A stretch of DNA of 63,799 nucleotides, the filler included, from Vannella sp. (taxonomy: Eukaryota), in the NCBI GenBank assembly GCA_023345925.1. It is 7 parts of 7 records of this genome, joined end to end, with 100 filler letters (N's around TTAATTAATTAA, not from the genome) between each part and the next. Parts side by side here need not be neighbours in the genome. Positions count along the whole stretch, not along the records: positions 32,560 to 36,142 come from JAJQQN010000240.1; positions 36,243 to 50,777 come from JAJQQN010000233.1; 5 more parts are not named here. One strand, written 5' to 3'. The translations under genes and the position numbers were made by a program. The notes under the pieces are model-generated. The model was not told where the DNA came from. It did not search any database and was given only the letters and a program-made list of their open reading frames with translations. This document shows, in pieces, positions 35,601-46,242 of the stretch. Within the stretch, counting starts at the first letter, position 1, and each line of letters starts with the position of its first letter.

Positions 35601-35753
35601 GAGAAAGTCACGAGCGGAGAGGCATTTCCCCTCGTTGGGGTCTTGTAAGCACCCAAAACTCAAAAAATGAAATCAGCCCAAAAGCTTATCCTGAAGAGAT
35701 GGAGGTCATCAGGATACTACGCAAACACGAGTTCTAGAACCCTCCTCCCCTTC
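35601..35753. repeat. Dispersed non-coding element, copy A (homologous to 60147-60323)
   Basis: Shared blocks AAGTCACGAGCGG, GGCATTTCCCCTC, AAGCACCCAAAA, CCAAAAGCTTATCCTGAARAGATGGAGGTCATCAGGA, ACGCAAACACGAGTT, GAACCCTCYTCCCCTTC. Confidence 0.9.
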
Positions 35754-36142
35754 ACGTCCGATGGTGGTTGAAAAGTGCCTTTAAATTCGATCAGGACCAT
35801 CACCATTGAACTGTTTATGTGTTTTGGTCGAGGTACTTTTTGGGTTCATGAAGCGATCCCTCGTAAACGATGGAAAAGTAGCCCTCTTAAAAACATATAA
35901 AATCGTCATTTGAATTTAGAAGCATTTTTCAACAAGGCCGGCGGACATGGTTCCCTTGCAAACGGAGCTTGTTTGATGAAGGAGAAACCCCGATTTTAAA
36001 GGGCAATAATGAAGGAAGGAGGAGTTTATAAACAGGATGAGATTGGTGCGTTGGGATCACTTCGAGACGTGTTCGAACATGGCTTCGCGTTCGGCATCCA
36101 TTCGACCTTCTCGGCTGACTTCTTCGCGGAAGTTGTCGAAGG

Positions 36143-36242
36143 NNNNNNNNNNNNNNNNNNNNNNNNNNNNNNNNNNNNNNNNNNNNTTAATTAATTAANN
36201 NNNNNNNNNNNNNNNNNNNNNNNNNNNNNNNNNNNNNNNNNN
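36143..36242. other. Artificial contig-joining spacer
   Basis: N-run containing TTAATTAATTAA. Confidence 0.98.
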
Positions 36243-37310
36243 ACAACAGTAAGAACCACTTCATACCACTCCACATCCCATTCCGCACGTTATCAATGTC
36301 AAAGTCATAGTAACCGTAAAAGTGCCCCCGCACAAAGTTACTAATCTTGTTCTTGTACCTCGCATGAAGGTTCTGGAAGGTGTGAAGAGCTGTAAATCGC
36401 TCAATATTCAACCCGTTGGGAGTGATCAAGTCCACTTTGCGCTTCAAAATGTGCAAAGCTTCAAACGCTGTAATCTCTGACACTGTTGTGAAGACCGTAG
36501 CAAGCTGAGCTGAATACTAACCATTAGTAATCCGTTTCAGAAGGTTCTAAGAAGGACCCACTCGACTCCCGCTCCACCCAGAAGCGATGGAAAACGCCGC
36601 GTTTCTGTGCTTCGGCGTCTGCGTCAATGGAGCTGACCATGTTGTAGAAGTCCAGCTTCCCTGCACAGATGTGACGCCCTAAGATGGTGGCGTGGGTGGT
36701 GAAGACAGTAGCGACTGGAAGGGAGCGCCTGTGCGCGACAATCAGCCCTACACCCGTCTGGTACTCGTGAAACTGAGCGATGGTTCCTTTGCGAAGTGCA
36801 GAGACCTCTTCTAGGAGGCAGGCGACCTGGTAGCCGAAGATAATGTACTCGTTCATCTCCTCGTCGCCGGGACAGCTGAAACCCTCCATCAGCTCGTCAC
36901 GCCATTGATGTAGGAAGTGCTCTGAAGATCGTAGCTCAAACAGGAAGACTGTGGGGTACCCTACAGTGACCGCCAACGTCAGACTCTTCATGGCCGCCCT
37001 TCGGATGACGGAAGAGCCTCTTACCAGGCACCAGCCAGCGCCCAAAGTGGACCCGCATGCCTGGGTTGTTTCTATGAAGGTTCCTGATGGCTTCTGCGTA
37101 CAGAGGGCGAGGTTCTGCTGGCTCAAACTCGGTGGCAGCGCGCTCATGGCAGTAAACGCCAACAAGAGCGTAGCGATCCTTCCAGATGTTGCACATGAAA
37201 GGCAGCTTCGTCCTGATAACAGTGTAGATCCCTCCCACCTTCCTCGCAACTTCCCACGCCACTTCCAACAGCAAAGGACCCTCCGAGAGGTCCTCCAAGG
37301 CGCCGTCCAT
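36243..37310 (-). CDS. GYS: Eukaryotic glycogen synthase (GT3), 3' truncated
   Basis: [74 protein letters not shown]. Confidence 0.95.
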
Positions 37311-37921
37311 GAAGAGGCGCTGAATAATGATCTGATTTTCGTTACCACGGGTCAATCCTGCAGCTTTACGAAGCATTCAGCGGTCCAGAGTGTGATGGGA
37401 TCGGCAATGAAGAAGGTCCGCCAGAACTCGTCATGAAAACGACTGGAAGAAGGGTCTACACGCTTACTCTATCTGCTCAGGGTGGCCTACTTGTTATCAG
37501 ATGGAGAATATGTTGCCTGGGAAAGGATCCGCACTGATTGGGCAGAGTGTTAACGGAACTCAGGCCACATTGATGACTTTGTCGTTGGAGTCTTTCTGAC
37601 TGGTTCTTCCGCTCTGCTCTCGGTCCTGACAAAGTTGAAAACCTACCAGAATGGACATTCGCACCCTAAAGGAGGGTTGATGGTGTAGTGAGCCAGCTCA
37701 TGATTGCGGTAGACTGTGGCACAGAAATGCATGAAATTGTCGCTGACCTCCTCAGATTGGTCGCCAAAGAGGGCGAGATTCCCCGTTCAATCAATTTCAG
37801 GGCATTTGATATGCTAGTGTTCCATCAACAGCCTTGACTGTTGAATTCTAGCGGAGTACGGGAGTCTGGTCATGGATTGGACGAAAACGCACGCAACTGG
37901 AAGAGGCACTTGACGCATGTT

Positions 37922-39353
37922 TTAGTTTTTTACGTGAATGACCAAGTAAGCGGCCCAGTTCTTGAGGTGAGTTACGATATTAGTCGCGTGCTTGATAATT
38001 TCTTGCACTTGGAGTGGGTCAATGGTCAGCCGGACCTCTCGATATTCCTACGTAAGGTTGGTGAGTATAATAGAAAGGACAGGAGAAGCGTACCAATGGG
38101 ATCTTTTGGTCCATTGTGCGCTTGACTGGGCGAATGATTTCGAGTTCCAAAAGTGTTTCAAAAGCTTTCAGTGCTACTGGCTTACTATAAAGAGATCCAG
38201 GGGCATTCGTTGCCGAAGCAAATAGCTTATAATTCTCGTAAGAGCGCTCGAAGTTATACTGCGGCTCTTCTTGATTGACTTCAAAAGTCATAAAGGAGAT
38301 AACTAGGCACAATTCCAAGATGCTCAGCCCTTCAATAAGAGCCTGATGCGGGTCTATCCATAATCTATCATAGCCAGCAAAGAAGTGCTTCGAGGTAAGA
38401 AGAGGATGCTCGTCACTCAATTCAGAAATGGCTAATCTCTTCAAAAGGGGTCAGAAAAGGCTATTCTGCGGGGACCCGCTTACCAAAAGCTCCAATGTGG
38501 TCTTTGGGTTCTTGCAAAGCTCGAAAGAGCGCTCGAAAAGGCTTATAGAAGCTACGTCTTCCTTCAACAACCGCTATATCGATTCAATTGAGACATTGTG
38601 GGGGTTTGAGTGGCACTTGGAACTTACAGTCACATTATCGTTATGAGAGTCGATGAGACTTTGTAATTGGGGACTAAAATCTTCCTCTGATCCGCTTTCA
38701 GCGATCAAGAGACGATGCTGGATGAAGAGGAGGAACTGGCGGAGATCTTCGGGAGCGTAAAATCGTACTTGGATTTGAGAGAACCGGCTTATCACTCGTT
38801 TCTCCATCAGTGAGAGACAGTCTAATCGGGTAGATGTGCCAAAGATGCCAATATTGATCTCGTTATGATGTTGCAGATCGAAGAGGAAGTACAAAAGTGA
38901 CTGCTTGCCTCCCTGTAGCGATGCAAACAGGTCTAAGTTGTCTAGAATTAAGATAACCACTTCTTTCCTGCCTTTAAGTTGCTCCAGAACTTGGTCACCA
39001 GCTTCATCAAAGGAGCTTATCGAAAAGTCGTGCTCCGCTCCATCCAATTGGAAGAGAATCTCTTCGCAAGCCACTCGTGGATCATTATGCAACAGTCCAT
39101 TGATATCCACTCGCTTAATCGGAACCTTTGAGAACTCCCTGGCCTCCTCCAAGACGAGAGAGAGCGCAAACGATTTTCCCGTTCCCGCAGCGCCCACCAA
39201 AAGCGCACTCTCACTCCGCCTATGCAGCACAATACCAGACACCAAGCTCCGCAACATACCCATCTGCTCTTCCAACCCAAAAGCCTGAGCACCAGCCCAC
39301 CCCTCACTACACTGCGCCCGAAGAAGCGATCGCAAGTCCGCCAGGTCGCCCAT
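37922..39353 (-). CDS. ORC4: Origin recognition complex subunit 4 (AAA+), multi-exon
   Basis: SESALLVGAAGTGKS, INGLLHND, ILDNLDLF, QSLLYFLFD, LMEKRVISRFS, GLSILELCLV, KAFETLLELEII. Confidence 0.92.
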
Positions 39354-39405
39354 GCCCGCCAAACCCCGCCAAAATAGAAATGAACCCTTTCATTCAACGC
39401 ATTCA

Positions 39406-42400
39406 TTATTTAGAAGAAGAGAAATGCGCGAAAAAGGAGCGAATGGCGAGAGGAGGCAATTCCACGAATCCGGACGCGTCAGCGGAAGGGACTTCTTGGG
39501 CGACGACTTTGCCGAATTGGAAGTTGTGGGCGTCTTCTTTGGTGTCGTGCCAGTGATGTCGCTTGCATGAGGAGGCTGGCTGGTTGAGGGAAAGGCTTCT
39601 TTCTTCTAAGCTGTCGAGGGAGATGTCTTTGTTGTTGAATATATCTTGCAGAGATACACTTTGGTCCAGTTCTACGTAGGAGAAGCTTCCATCAAGGCTT
39701 TTGGGAGGCTCGTAGAGTTCGTACGGTTGTCGCTGGCGTAAGTTGTTGACTCGAATGACAACGACTTCATCCTGTTTGTCGTAGTAGTCCAGATTCATCA
39801 GGAAGACATCTTGTGGGAAGCTCTTACGGACGAAAGAGCCCGTCCCAGTACCTACTAATGGCTCGCCAGTGCCTCCCACTATTTGCAAAGCAAAGTTCTT
39901 GCACATTGCGATCTGCTGACGGCGGTAATTGTCCTCATTAGTCACTAATAACCACGATTGAATCTCCACTCTCTCTTGGTCGTTCATAGTTTCTCCATTT
40001 CCATGAGGCTGAAGAGTGTTTCGATGAAGCATCAAGTCCAAAGTCCCTTGGGAAGGAGAAGTAACTCCGTGAGTTCGATCAGTGACTATTGTGAACTGAT
40101 GGAAAGCTTCCTCTTTGCTCTCAAAGGGCTCTACAGTTTGACGTAAGAAGGCAGAGTACTGCATTGGATAATAGTTTCCAGAGTAGATGTCTCCCGGATT
40201 GTACGTTCTCTGAAGAATCTCCAGGCCACTGTCATCCGTGTAGAAGTGCCCATCAGAAGGCAGAGAGGTGATGTAACGCGAGACATAATTTGTTCCAGAG
40301 CCAGGCGGGCCAATGATATCAGTCATCCCAATTTGTCCTTCACCAAATCGAAGCGAAACGCGCTGCCAAATGTTGTCATCCACGCGCTGAACAAGTTCTT
40401 GAACAAGAATAGACTTGACGAAGAAGAAGGACTTGGAATGAGACTGCCGAGTGGTACCATCGTCCAAGGCCTTGAAGGTGTAATGGTTATCCCACGCAGA
40501 GTCACTCTTGTACACCCAATACTCCTTCTGAAGTTTCATCGAGAAAGGAGTGAAGCTATTGAAGGTTCCATTGGAATGATGCGCTGATGTAAAGTGTTTC
40601 TGAGTGACCGTGGCAGCATTACCAAGCTCATCAAAACCCACAGAGATCAGGTTGTTCTCAATGAACGCACGTTCAGCAGGAGGAAGCGTCTTAATGCCTG
40701 GCATATCATCTGGAGAAAAGTGGTCATTCCAAAGAGGAGACTCTGAGATAACAACATCCTCAAAGGTTCTCTGAGGAGAATAGTACATCACCATGGTTTG
40801 GAACCCAATAGGATCCACATCTACCTGGAAATACAAGCGATAAGATGTCCACCCATCAGAAGTAACTGTTGGAGGGAGAACGGCTGACTGAATGATCTTC
40901 CCGGTGTGCTCGTCAAATATCTCAACGAACGGACTATTGACAAAGAGCTGAACAATTTCCTTGCGCTCCCAAGCAAGGCTGTTAGTAAGCATGATGAGAT
41001 GGGGTTTGGAGACGTCAGGCTCAATAGTAAAAGCATCTCCAGATTGAATAACGTGGTATTTGCTCTTCCTACGGCCAGAAATCGCAGGGGTGACGCTCTC
41101 GACGATCTGAAGAGTGTCCTTGACTGCTTTTCCGATCATATTGAAATAGTCATGGAGTACGTGCTCTCTCATGGTTCCAGTAATGGCATCGTGGTGCTGC
41201 ATGATACCTTGGACGTGTCTCACAGATTCAATTTGGTCATACAGCTCACCCCAACGCGACTTTGGCAAGCTGCCATATGCCACAGTACGTGCCCAAGTGT
41301 ACGCCACCTCTGCAGCACGTTGGAGTTCATCTAATTGGCGACAAGCACGCTTCAGAAGAGGACGAGACGAATAATAACCATTCCACCAGTTGATCAAAGT
41401 GGGTCCATACGGAAGGAAATCTCTCTGAATTAACGGGAACTGGATCTCCTCCTTATGCAGAGCATCAAAGTACTCCGAAGGAGTCGCATATTTCACATCA
41501 ATCTGTAACCCAATCAGCTTCCTGTCGTAGCTCTGCTGATGAAGGAGCTCTTACATCATAGTCATGCGTATTAATATAGTCCAGGATCTTATCCATGGTG
41601 TCAAACATCAAGTGAGCTTGGGTAAACTGGAAATCGTGTCCCCAGGGCCACATCAAAAGGTTAGACGGATAAGAAGCAGAACGCACGCGGAAACTGTCCA
41701 CCAATTTGTCTGCCGCAGCCTTCAGCTGCCCTTCAGAGTCCACACGGAGCGAATTAGGCTTGTCAAATAGGAAAGCATCCTCCGTCTTGACAACAAGTGT
41801 CAGCTAAAGGAGCACATTCGAGCAAGTCACTTACTGCATAGCTCCAAGGCAATAGATGGAGGAGAAGATCTGAAGAGGCCTGGACTGTGTCAGACCCACG
41901 CCACACAAACTCAAGCAGTTTGCGCTCCAAGTAATCACGGCGCTCGAAGCCTTGCATTCTCCAAGCGACATCAGCGTCGAAACACATCTGAGAGAACAGT
42001 GTGGCAGTCACTTGGGAGAGCCCAAAGGGATCAATCTGCCATCCAATACGTGGAATAGCCTCCGAACCGAACTCATTCGTCAGGAACTTGTGTCCTTCAG
42101 TCATCTGGTTGACGGCTTGCATGTAAGTCACTGTTGCTTCATCGTGACTGACCCAACCACCCATTAGGAACTCCAACTGCTTGCTGTGGAACAGCCCAGC
42201 GAAGGAGCTCTTCGTAGCACTGTTCTGCTCCTTCCACCAGCGCTCGAGGAAGCTCATTTCGACCCAACTGAACTTGCGATGGGGCTTTCCGTCAAGAGCG
42301 GTGGTTACACTGGAGAGGATGTGTTGGACTTCATCTTTGTGGTACGCTTCGAAGGTCTTCAGCCACCCAGCGTCGCAATGGGAGTGAGGAATCATGAAGA

Positions 42401-42838
42401 CTTGGATCGCTCGCTTCTCTCGCTTGAGGAGGGAGGCGTCTTCTTTCTCCTTATGTCCCAGTTCTCTAGCTCCAGGTTGTGGCTCATCGTACTGCTCGAG
42501 AGGGAGAGGCTCGACGGAGGGAGAAGGTGGGGCAGGGCTGGACGCCGACCGACTACCCGAAGGAGAAGCAGGAGGAGGCTGTGGTACCTCGTCTGTCAAA
42601 GGCAATGGTGATGGCTGAAGAACAGAAGTAGCAGAAGAACTGGAAGGGGCTGGAGAACCAAGTTCAGTCAACGGAACGCTCCGATCATTCACTTACGACT
42701 AGACCGCGCAAACGGGAGAGACGGGAGGGTGTCCACAGCCTCTGGTACCTTCGAAGTCAGTAAATAGACCGTCACCACGCACTGCAACAGCAAGAGAGCT
42801 CCCAGAAACCCGCCCAGCACCCGGAACGTCCGCGCCAT
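39406..42838 (-). CDS. Class II alpha-mannosidase (GH38) with N-terminal signal/anchor, multi-exon
   Basis: MARTFRVLGGFLGALLLLQCVV anchor; PHSHCDAGWLKT, GGWVSHDE, WQIDPFG, WGHDF, YATPSEYF, WNGYYSSRP, QHHDAITGT. Confidence 0.93.
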
Positions 42839-43283
42839 GAAAGAATGACTCCTTCTCCCTCCCTTCTCCTCCCTTTGTCCTTCCTTTCCCTTTCATTTGC
42901 CCTGCAATAGTCAGCCCGACAAGGGGGATCGGTCTCCTTCCATTCTCCGTCTCGGTCAATGAGGATCTTTGTTTGGGTTTGTGGCGACGAGGAGGCACAC
43001 AACCTCACATTGAGCGACTCTGTGGTCCGGAAGCGGATGTTTGAGAGCGGTTTGGGAACGCAAATGTCACAAGAACGTGGCCTCTGGAAGAGGGCGATCT
43101 CTCCCTTTGCTCAATACACGAGAATTCCACTTCTTTCCTTGGTCATCTTCTTCTTCAGACCCAGGAACTCATCAGGAAGATCAATGGGGGGGAAAGAACT
43201 GAACAGTCGAAGAGAACTCCTTCATTGAGACTTTTGGCCAAAGGGAGGGGCGAGGAGGTCTTGATAAGACACACTTTGGAGGA

Positions 43284-43502
43284 TTAAAACGATAACAAGA
43301 CAGCAGCTCTTCGCTGAGGGTTGAATCCCGGCGGGAATCGGGACTGAAGGTGACAGCAAGGCCTCTGACCAGCGTTCCTGGAGGAATCTTCCCTGACCGA
43401 ACCACCAACGATAGCCGTTCGAGTACGGAGATCTTTGCCATAGGAGAAAGGAAGTGCACCCCGGCGTTTGGGATCGAATCCTTTGGGAAAGCGAGAAACC
43501 AT
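43284..43502 (-). CDS. 72-aa microprotein, copy 1 (PKA pseudosubstrate-like repeats)
   Basis: Paralogue of 43868-44095 with synonymous third-position differences and a frame-preserving indel. Confidence 0.65.
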   Translation of the reverse strand: MVSRFPKGFDPKRRGALPFSYGKDLRTRTAIVGGSVREDSSRNAGQRPCCHLQSRFPPGFNPQRRAAVLLSF

Positions 43503-43867
43503 GTCAAAGAACACCTTGTGGAGAAGAATGCCTTAACGCCCGGCTGTTGTTCGGCCTTACTTTCCCAGACAAACACGAAACACGCATCAGCATCAGTATC
43601 TTTCGATTCATTGAATGGAACAACGCTTTGCTCAAGCGAGAGTTGTTCTCCGAATGAAATCCAAAAGTAGCTTTCCCTCTGGGCCCTGCAAGAAGAGCAG
43701 CCTTGCAAATAAGAAGCCACGATGCTCTCGTGAACGCCGTGGGTGTCATAAACGCATTAACTAAACCCCTCTGCTATCAGAAAGCCAACAGAACTTTATA
43801 ACAAGTGCAGGGCACTCCATCAAGCAGATATTGGATCAAGGAAGGGGCGAGTAGGTCTTGATAGGTC

Positions 43868-44095
43868 TCATGAAGAAGAGTAAAACGTTAACGTGACAGC
43901 AGCTCTTCGCTGAGGGTTGAATCCCTGCGGGAATCGAGAGTGAAGGTGACAGCAAGGCCTCAGAGTAGCGTTCCTGGAGGAATCTTGCGGGACAGCACCA
44001 AAAGCAGGCCTTCGAGTACGAATATCTTTGTCATAAGAGAACGGAAGTGCGCCCCGGCGCTTGGGATCGAATCCTTTGGGTAATTGAGCGACCAT
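43868..44095 (-). CDS. 75-aa microprotein, copy 2 (PKA pseudosubstrate-like repeats)
   Basis: Same ATG context (TGACATGGT) and the same conserved reading frame as copy 1. Confidence 0.65.
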   Translation of the reverse strand: MVAQLPKGFDPKRRGALPFSYDKDIRTRRPAFGAVPQDSSRNATLRPCCHLHSRFPQGFNPQRRAAVTLTFYSSS

Positions 44096-44351
44096 GTCAA
44101 TAGCAACCTTGCGAGTAAGAATGACTTCAAACCGCCCTACTGAGGCAGGGACCCGGAAACCTGCCTAAACAAGACGAACAGGACCCAATCAGTGTCTTTG
44201 GCGCAATGAATGGAACAAAAGTGTGATGAATGGAACAGAAGTTTCAGCAAACCTTGGCTCAAGTTCAATTTATTCTTCGAATTGACTTCCAGAAGGGGGT
44301 TTCCTTCCCAATTGGGGTTGCGGCCCATTTAGTTGTCCCAATGTTTGAGGA

Positions 44352-44660
44352 AAATGTGTTTGAAGCAATTGTTGGCTGAATGAAGGGGACACTCCTCGTC
44401 ACCATGACCCAACATCGAATGATCTCCATTCGAAGAGTAAAGTTGACCTTCCAGATTCTAAACGCTCCTTCCCCGCCACCAAGGACCAACTTTGCAATGA
44501 ATCGATTGACTCAACGTTCTTTTGGTTGTCTCAATGATTGAGTCAAATGTGTTTGAAGCAATTGTTGGCTGAATGGAGCATAACGCTCCCTCGTCACCAA
44601 GTCCCATCACCGAATGATCCCCTTTCCCTTTCGAAGAGTCATGTTGACCTTCTAGTTCGA
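44352..44660 (-). repeat. Two diverged ~110-bp direct repeats, possibly decayed RCC1-like repeats
   Basis: AAATGTGTTTGAAGCAATTGTTGGCTGAATG...CCTCGTCACCA...TTCGAAGAGT...GTTGACCTTC twice; the minus strand reads LEGQLYS...LGHGDE and LEGQHDS...MGLGDE. Confidence 0.6.
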
Positions 44661-44805
44661 ACCTTGAGTCGGTCGATTCGTTGCAAGCTCTGCCAATGGC
44701 TCATTCTTGAAACGAGTCAGTTTAATTGGAATGTTCATAGTTAGGGGAGGAGTGAATGAGAACAAGAGGAACTCTATTTCTCCCTGTAGTATTGTGGCTG
44801 TTAGA

Positions 44806-46167
44806 TTACTCATCAAACCGAAACTCTTCTCGATTGCAACAAGAAGGGCAATGGCATCGAATTCCGTAGACTGTTTCGAGAAGTAGTCCTCTTCCTGGAC
44901 CTTGTAGAGTATCTGAAATGTATGAAACCAAAATCTGATCGTCCTTGCGAATGCCCCTCGTGGCACGCAACGACCAATTCCGATTGGCTGCGTTGGCACG
45001 CGCCCCACACTGATGATTGGCTATCGTCGTAAGCCCTCCAACAACAACCACCGCTCCTCTTCCAGAACACATCACTCCTGCTGAAAAGAAATTGGCCATC
45101 AGCCGCTGCATGGTGGCCAAGTAGTGCCAGAATTCAAACTTGGGATCGTTCTCCGGGATATCAAGAAGGCTCAACGTGAGCTCATAGCTTTGAAACATGG
45201 CGGCCACATGATGGAAAGAGCGAGTACCGCTTTCAGCCACGCACCAGTCTCGAATGCAGTCCACCTCTACGGGGGAGATTCCTTTCATCTTCGCCTCGGC
45301 AAAGATCTTGATAGCAAGGAGGACCCACAGTGAGGAAGGTCGATTTGACTTCTCTAGTGTACGCCACATTGAGCTATCCTTTGGAATCAGCTTCCCGCAA
45401 AGAGCTGGATGATATCTTGCCTGCGCTGTCTTCTCACACTTTTCGCTACAAAAGCGAGCGGGACAAGCGATACATCGAATGGCACGCTCTGCAAAGACAT
45501 CCACAGCACAGTGGTGACAAAGAGACTCCTCTGACATCCATAAAGTAGCGGAAAGCTCTGGTTTCTCGGAGAACAGACCTTCGCCCTCGATGAATTCTCT
45601 CGTTGCGTACAGTCCCCGGCCCATTCGAGATGAGATTCTCATCTCCAATGACCCATTGGATAGCTTCAGTACCTTCTCGTTGATCCGATCGAGGTTACTT
45701 GGCAAGTAAAGAACTTCATGAGAGGCTGCTTTGTCCCAGGGGAACCGAGCCGCCTGAAACACTCCCATTCCATCCTCCTCTAACGTATACTCCTCCTCAA
45801 GCTTGCTCCCGTCGTGCGAGAGCTCCTCCCAGTAGCTCTGAATGTCGCCCTGAAGGACAGCCAAACCAAGTTGCATTGCGATTCCGAGGGCCATCTTCAG
45901 CTTATGGACGGCCAGCGAGAGTATCTCCATGTCACTATGACACTTGGCCATCTGAAAGAGCATAGTACAGGTGCTGGCGCGGTCAGACTCGTCCAGAATA
46001 GAGAACGCCCTGCTCAAGTCGAACAAAGCCACGAACGGAACTCCCAGAAGGCGAGCGGTCTCCGCCCTCTCCAGCAGGACTTCAAAGCGCTGAGGGACAG
46101 TCTCTGTCAGATACAGCCTCTCTGAACAGCTCAGGAAGGCTTCCACCAGGCGCTTCGTCTCTTTCAT
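44806..46167 (-). CDS. TPR-SET-MYND protein (SMYD-like lysine methyltransferase)
   Basis: N-terminal helical repeats; GRGLYATR; MYND CHHC...CIAC...FCSEKC...H...C; ANHQC; ILVSY; post-SET CHCPSC. Confidence 0.88.
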   Translation of the reverse strand: MKETKRLVEAFLSCSERLYLTETVPQRFEVLLERAETARLLGVPFVALFDLSRAFSILDESDRASTCTMLFQMAKCHSDMEILSLAVHKLKMALGIAMQLGLAVLQGDIQSYWEELSHDGSKLEEEYTLEEDGMGVFQAARFPWDKAASHEVLYLPSNLDRINEKVLKLSNGSLEMRISSRMGRGLYATREFIEGEGLFSEKPELSATLWMSEESLCHHCAVDVFAERAIRCIACPARFCSEKCEKTAQARYHPALCGKLIPKDSSMWRTLEKSNRPSSLWVLLAIKIFAEAKMKGISPVEVDCIRDWCVAESGTRSFHHVAAMFQSYELTLSLLDIPENDPKFEFWHYLATMQRLMANFFSAGVMCSGRGAVVVVGGLTTIANHQCGARANAANRNWSLRATRGIRKDDQILVSYISDTLQGPGRGLLLETVYGIRCHCPSCCNREEFRFDE

Positions 46168-46242
46168 GGTCCCGCCGGAATGTCATTTCCTGTCCGTCCC
46201 ACGCGGATGGGATTTGGGAAGGCTGATGAGTATATTAGAAGG

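Noticed and set aside
35685..35715. CTGATGA in the dispersed element as a hammerhead ribozyme core
   Set aside because: No GAAA following a stem II and no matching stems I/III.
43181..43720. Longer 179-aa ORF overlapping microprotein copy 1
   Set aside because: Substitutions between the duplicates are non-synonymous in this frame and the ORF track shows no equivalent ORF in copy 2.
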